DNA of 64,000 bases, taken from the NCBI GenBank assembly GCA_002104945.1, contig MCFH01000013.1, forward strand, positions 900,033-964,032. Direction: 5' to 3'. This DNA is from Piromyces finnis finn. Taxonomy: Eukaryota > Fungi > Neocallimastigomycota. Positions 62,401-64,000 of this stretch are shown here, one piece after another (the first letter of the stretch is position 1; the number at the start of each line of letters is the position of its first letter). Below the pieces are notes generated by a model. It did not search any database, was not told the origin of the DNA, and was given only the letters and a program-made list of their open reading frames with translations. The translations under genes and the position numbers were made by a program.

Positions 62401-63290
62401 ATTGAAGACATGTTTTTTAATTTATGTATTAAATCTTTAAAAAGGGAATGAAGTAAATTGGTAAAATGGATATTTTTTGAATTAACAGAATTAATAATTA
62501 AATTAAAAATATTTTCTACTAATATGACACTATTATTTGTTTGACATTCCAATAATTGATAAAAATTATTTAAAATTAAGTCTGTATTATATGATATAGT
62601 ATTGGAATTGGTTTGATATTGTTCTTCCAATTCACCTTCAAGATTTTTAATTTTTTCCTTATAATTTTCACATTCCATTTTTATATCAATCAACTCTTGA
62701 GATTTTTCATTTAATAATTGTTCCAATGAATCATTTCTATTTGACAAAGTTTCATTAGTTTTCTATATATATATTATGAATATAAAATATATATACAGAT
62801 AATTTAAATAATTATGATAAAAAAAAAAATTAATCAACTATAATTATATAATTATATACCTGAAATTTTTCTATAAAATATTTTGTCATTTTTGAATTTT
62901 CTTCCCAGACCTTTTCGTTTTCCTCCTTTATTTTACCAATTTTTTTTAAAGAAAAAAAAAAAAAAAGCAATTAATATTACAATTTTTTAAGTGATATGGT
63001 ATAATAAAACCATATATACATTTAAAATTAAACATTACTTGTTGTTTTTGACATTCCTTAATTTTATTTTGCAATAGTTCAATTTTCTCTTTATCTGTTA
63101 ATTTCTTCTCAAGAAGAAAATTTTTTGAATCATTCTAAAAATAATTAAAATATATTAATAATAAAAAGTTACAAAAATTGAAATTTTATATGTAAAAGGA
63201 GAAGAGAAAGAATAAAAATTTCTAACCATTGACATTGTAAATTCTTGTGTTTTAAAAATTAATTGTTCATTATCGTAAAAGGAAAGAGTA
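59137..63290 (-). CDS. Large acidic coiled-coil protein of unknown family (>1,200 aa), multi-exon; 5' end uncertain
   Basis: Main exon is ORF 59460-62747. Upstream coiled-coil exons lie at ~62860-62935, ~63040-63135 and ~63225-63290. Downstream exons are ~59370-59410 and 59137-59256 (SSYLRNILTQLFESL..LSLEL*). Confidence 0.75.
62005..62237 (-). repeat. 42-bp tandem repeat encoding TIISEKENNNNSND x~6
   Basis: Visible in DNA and protein of ORF 59460-62747. Confidence 0.93.
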
Positions 63291-63589
63291 TACTATTTGA
63301 AATATTTGTAATTATAATATTATAACCAATTTGAAATATATATTTTATATATTATTACTTGTTATTTTCACTTGTATTAGCACTTTAAAGAATTTATTAA
63401 AAAAAAAAAAAAATTGAAAAAAATGAAAAATGAAATCATAAATAATAAATTAAAAATCAAACCTTATTGGATTAAATAATTTTATTTATGAAAATTTTAA
63501 AAAATTGTCCATATATTAAAACTAATTTTATAAAGTATTCTCTTCTTTAAAAAATATTTTTTAAACCTATTCAAATTAATAAAGGAAAA

Positions 63590-64000
63590 ATGGCTTCTGA
63601 AAAGAGAAATCCAATTGTGTTTTTTGATATTGAGTATGTATATATTAGTATTTTGAAAAGTAGGAAAGAAAAGTATTATTATTTTCTATTTATTTTTTTT
63701 TAATTTATTAATATTACTACTAAATTTTTAAATATAAAAAGAATTGGTAAGCAACCAGCAGGAAGAATAAAATTAGAATTATTTGCTGATGTTTGTCCAA
63801 AAACAGCTGAAAACTTTAGACAATTTTGTACAGGAGAATACAGGTATTTATAAATCCTGAAACAAAAAAAAAAAGTTTTTTTATACTATTTCTTAATTAT
63901 AACAATGATTTATTTTTTAAAAAAAAAAGAATTAACGGTGTTCCACAAGGTTACAAAGGATGTCAATTCCATAGAGTAATTAAAGGTAATATTTTAACAT
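63590..64000 (+). CDS. PPIH: Cyclophilin H (U4/U6 snRNP peptidyl-prolyl isomerase), 5' part; runs off the window
   Basis: Exons splice to [67 protein letters not shown]; the [17 protein letters not shown] signature is PPIH-like. Confidence 0.9.

Overview
Extremely AT-rich, intron-rich eukaryotic DNA. It is most likely from an anaerobic gut fungus (Neocallimastigomycota), inferred from the base composition, short AT-rich GT-AG introns, Asn-rich proteins, a flagellar outer-dynein-arm docking gene and fungal-type core genes. I reconstructed 13 protein-coding genes by hand from exon fragments: a CSL/Su(H)/RBP-J family transcription factor (-); an intronless sugar-porter MFS protein with a ~700-aa central loop, split by one frameshift (-); intronless NADH-glutamate synthase GLT1 (+); SAP-domain ERI1 exonuclease (+); a ~1,800-aa Pho85-type (PCL/Clg1-like) cyclin (-); nucleoporin NDC1 (-); striatin/Far8 (-); a short ODAD4/TTC25 (+); a PEX39-like KPWE protein (+); SR-protein kinase SRPK/Sky1 (-); augmin subunit HAUS2 (-); a large unknown coiled-coil protein (-); and cyclophilin H (+, cut by the window end). 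Many microsatellites and coding minisatellites are present. I found no transposon, tRNA, rRNA or CRISPR array. Best leads: the giant-loop sugar porter (possible sugar sensor/transceptor), the PEX39-like gene (implies PTS2 peroxisomal import in an anaerobe), the giant cyclin with a tandem array of SP phosphosites, the complete CSL factor, and rare GC-rich motifs (four GTGGAG sites; a CGG-N11-CCG palindrome) in AT-rich intergenic DNA. All family assignments come from remembered motifs, not database searches, and several frame breaks sit in homopolymers or repeats and may be assembly errors.
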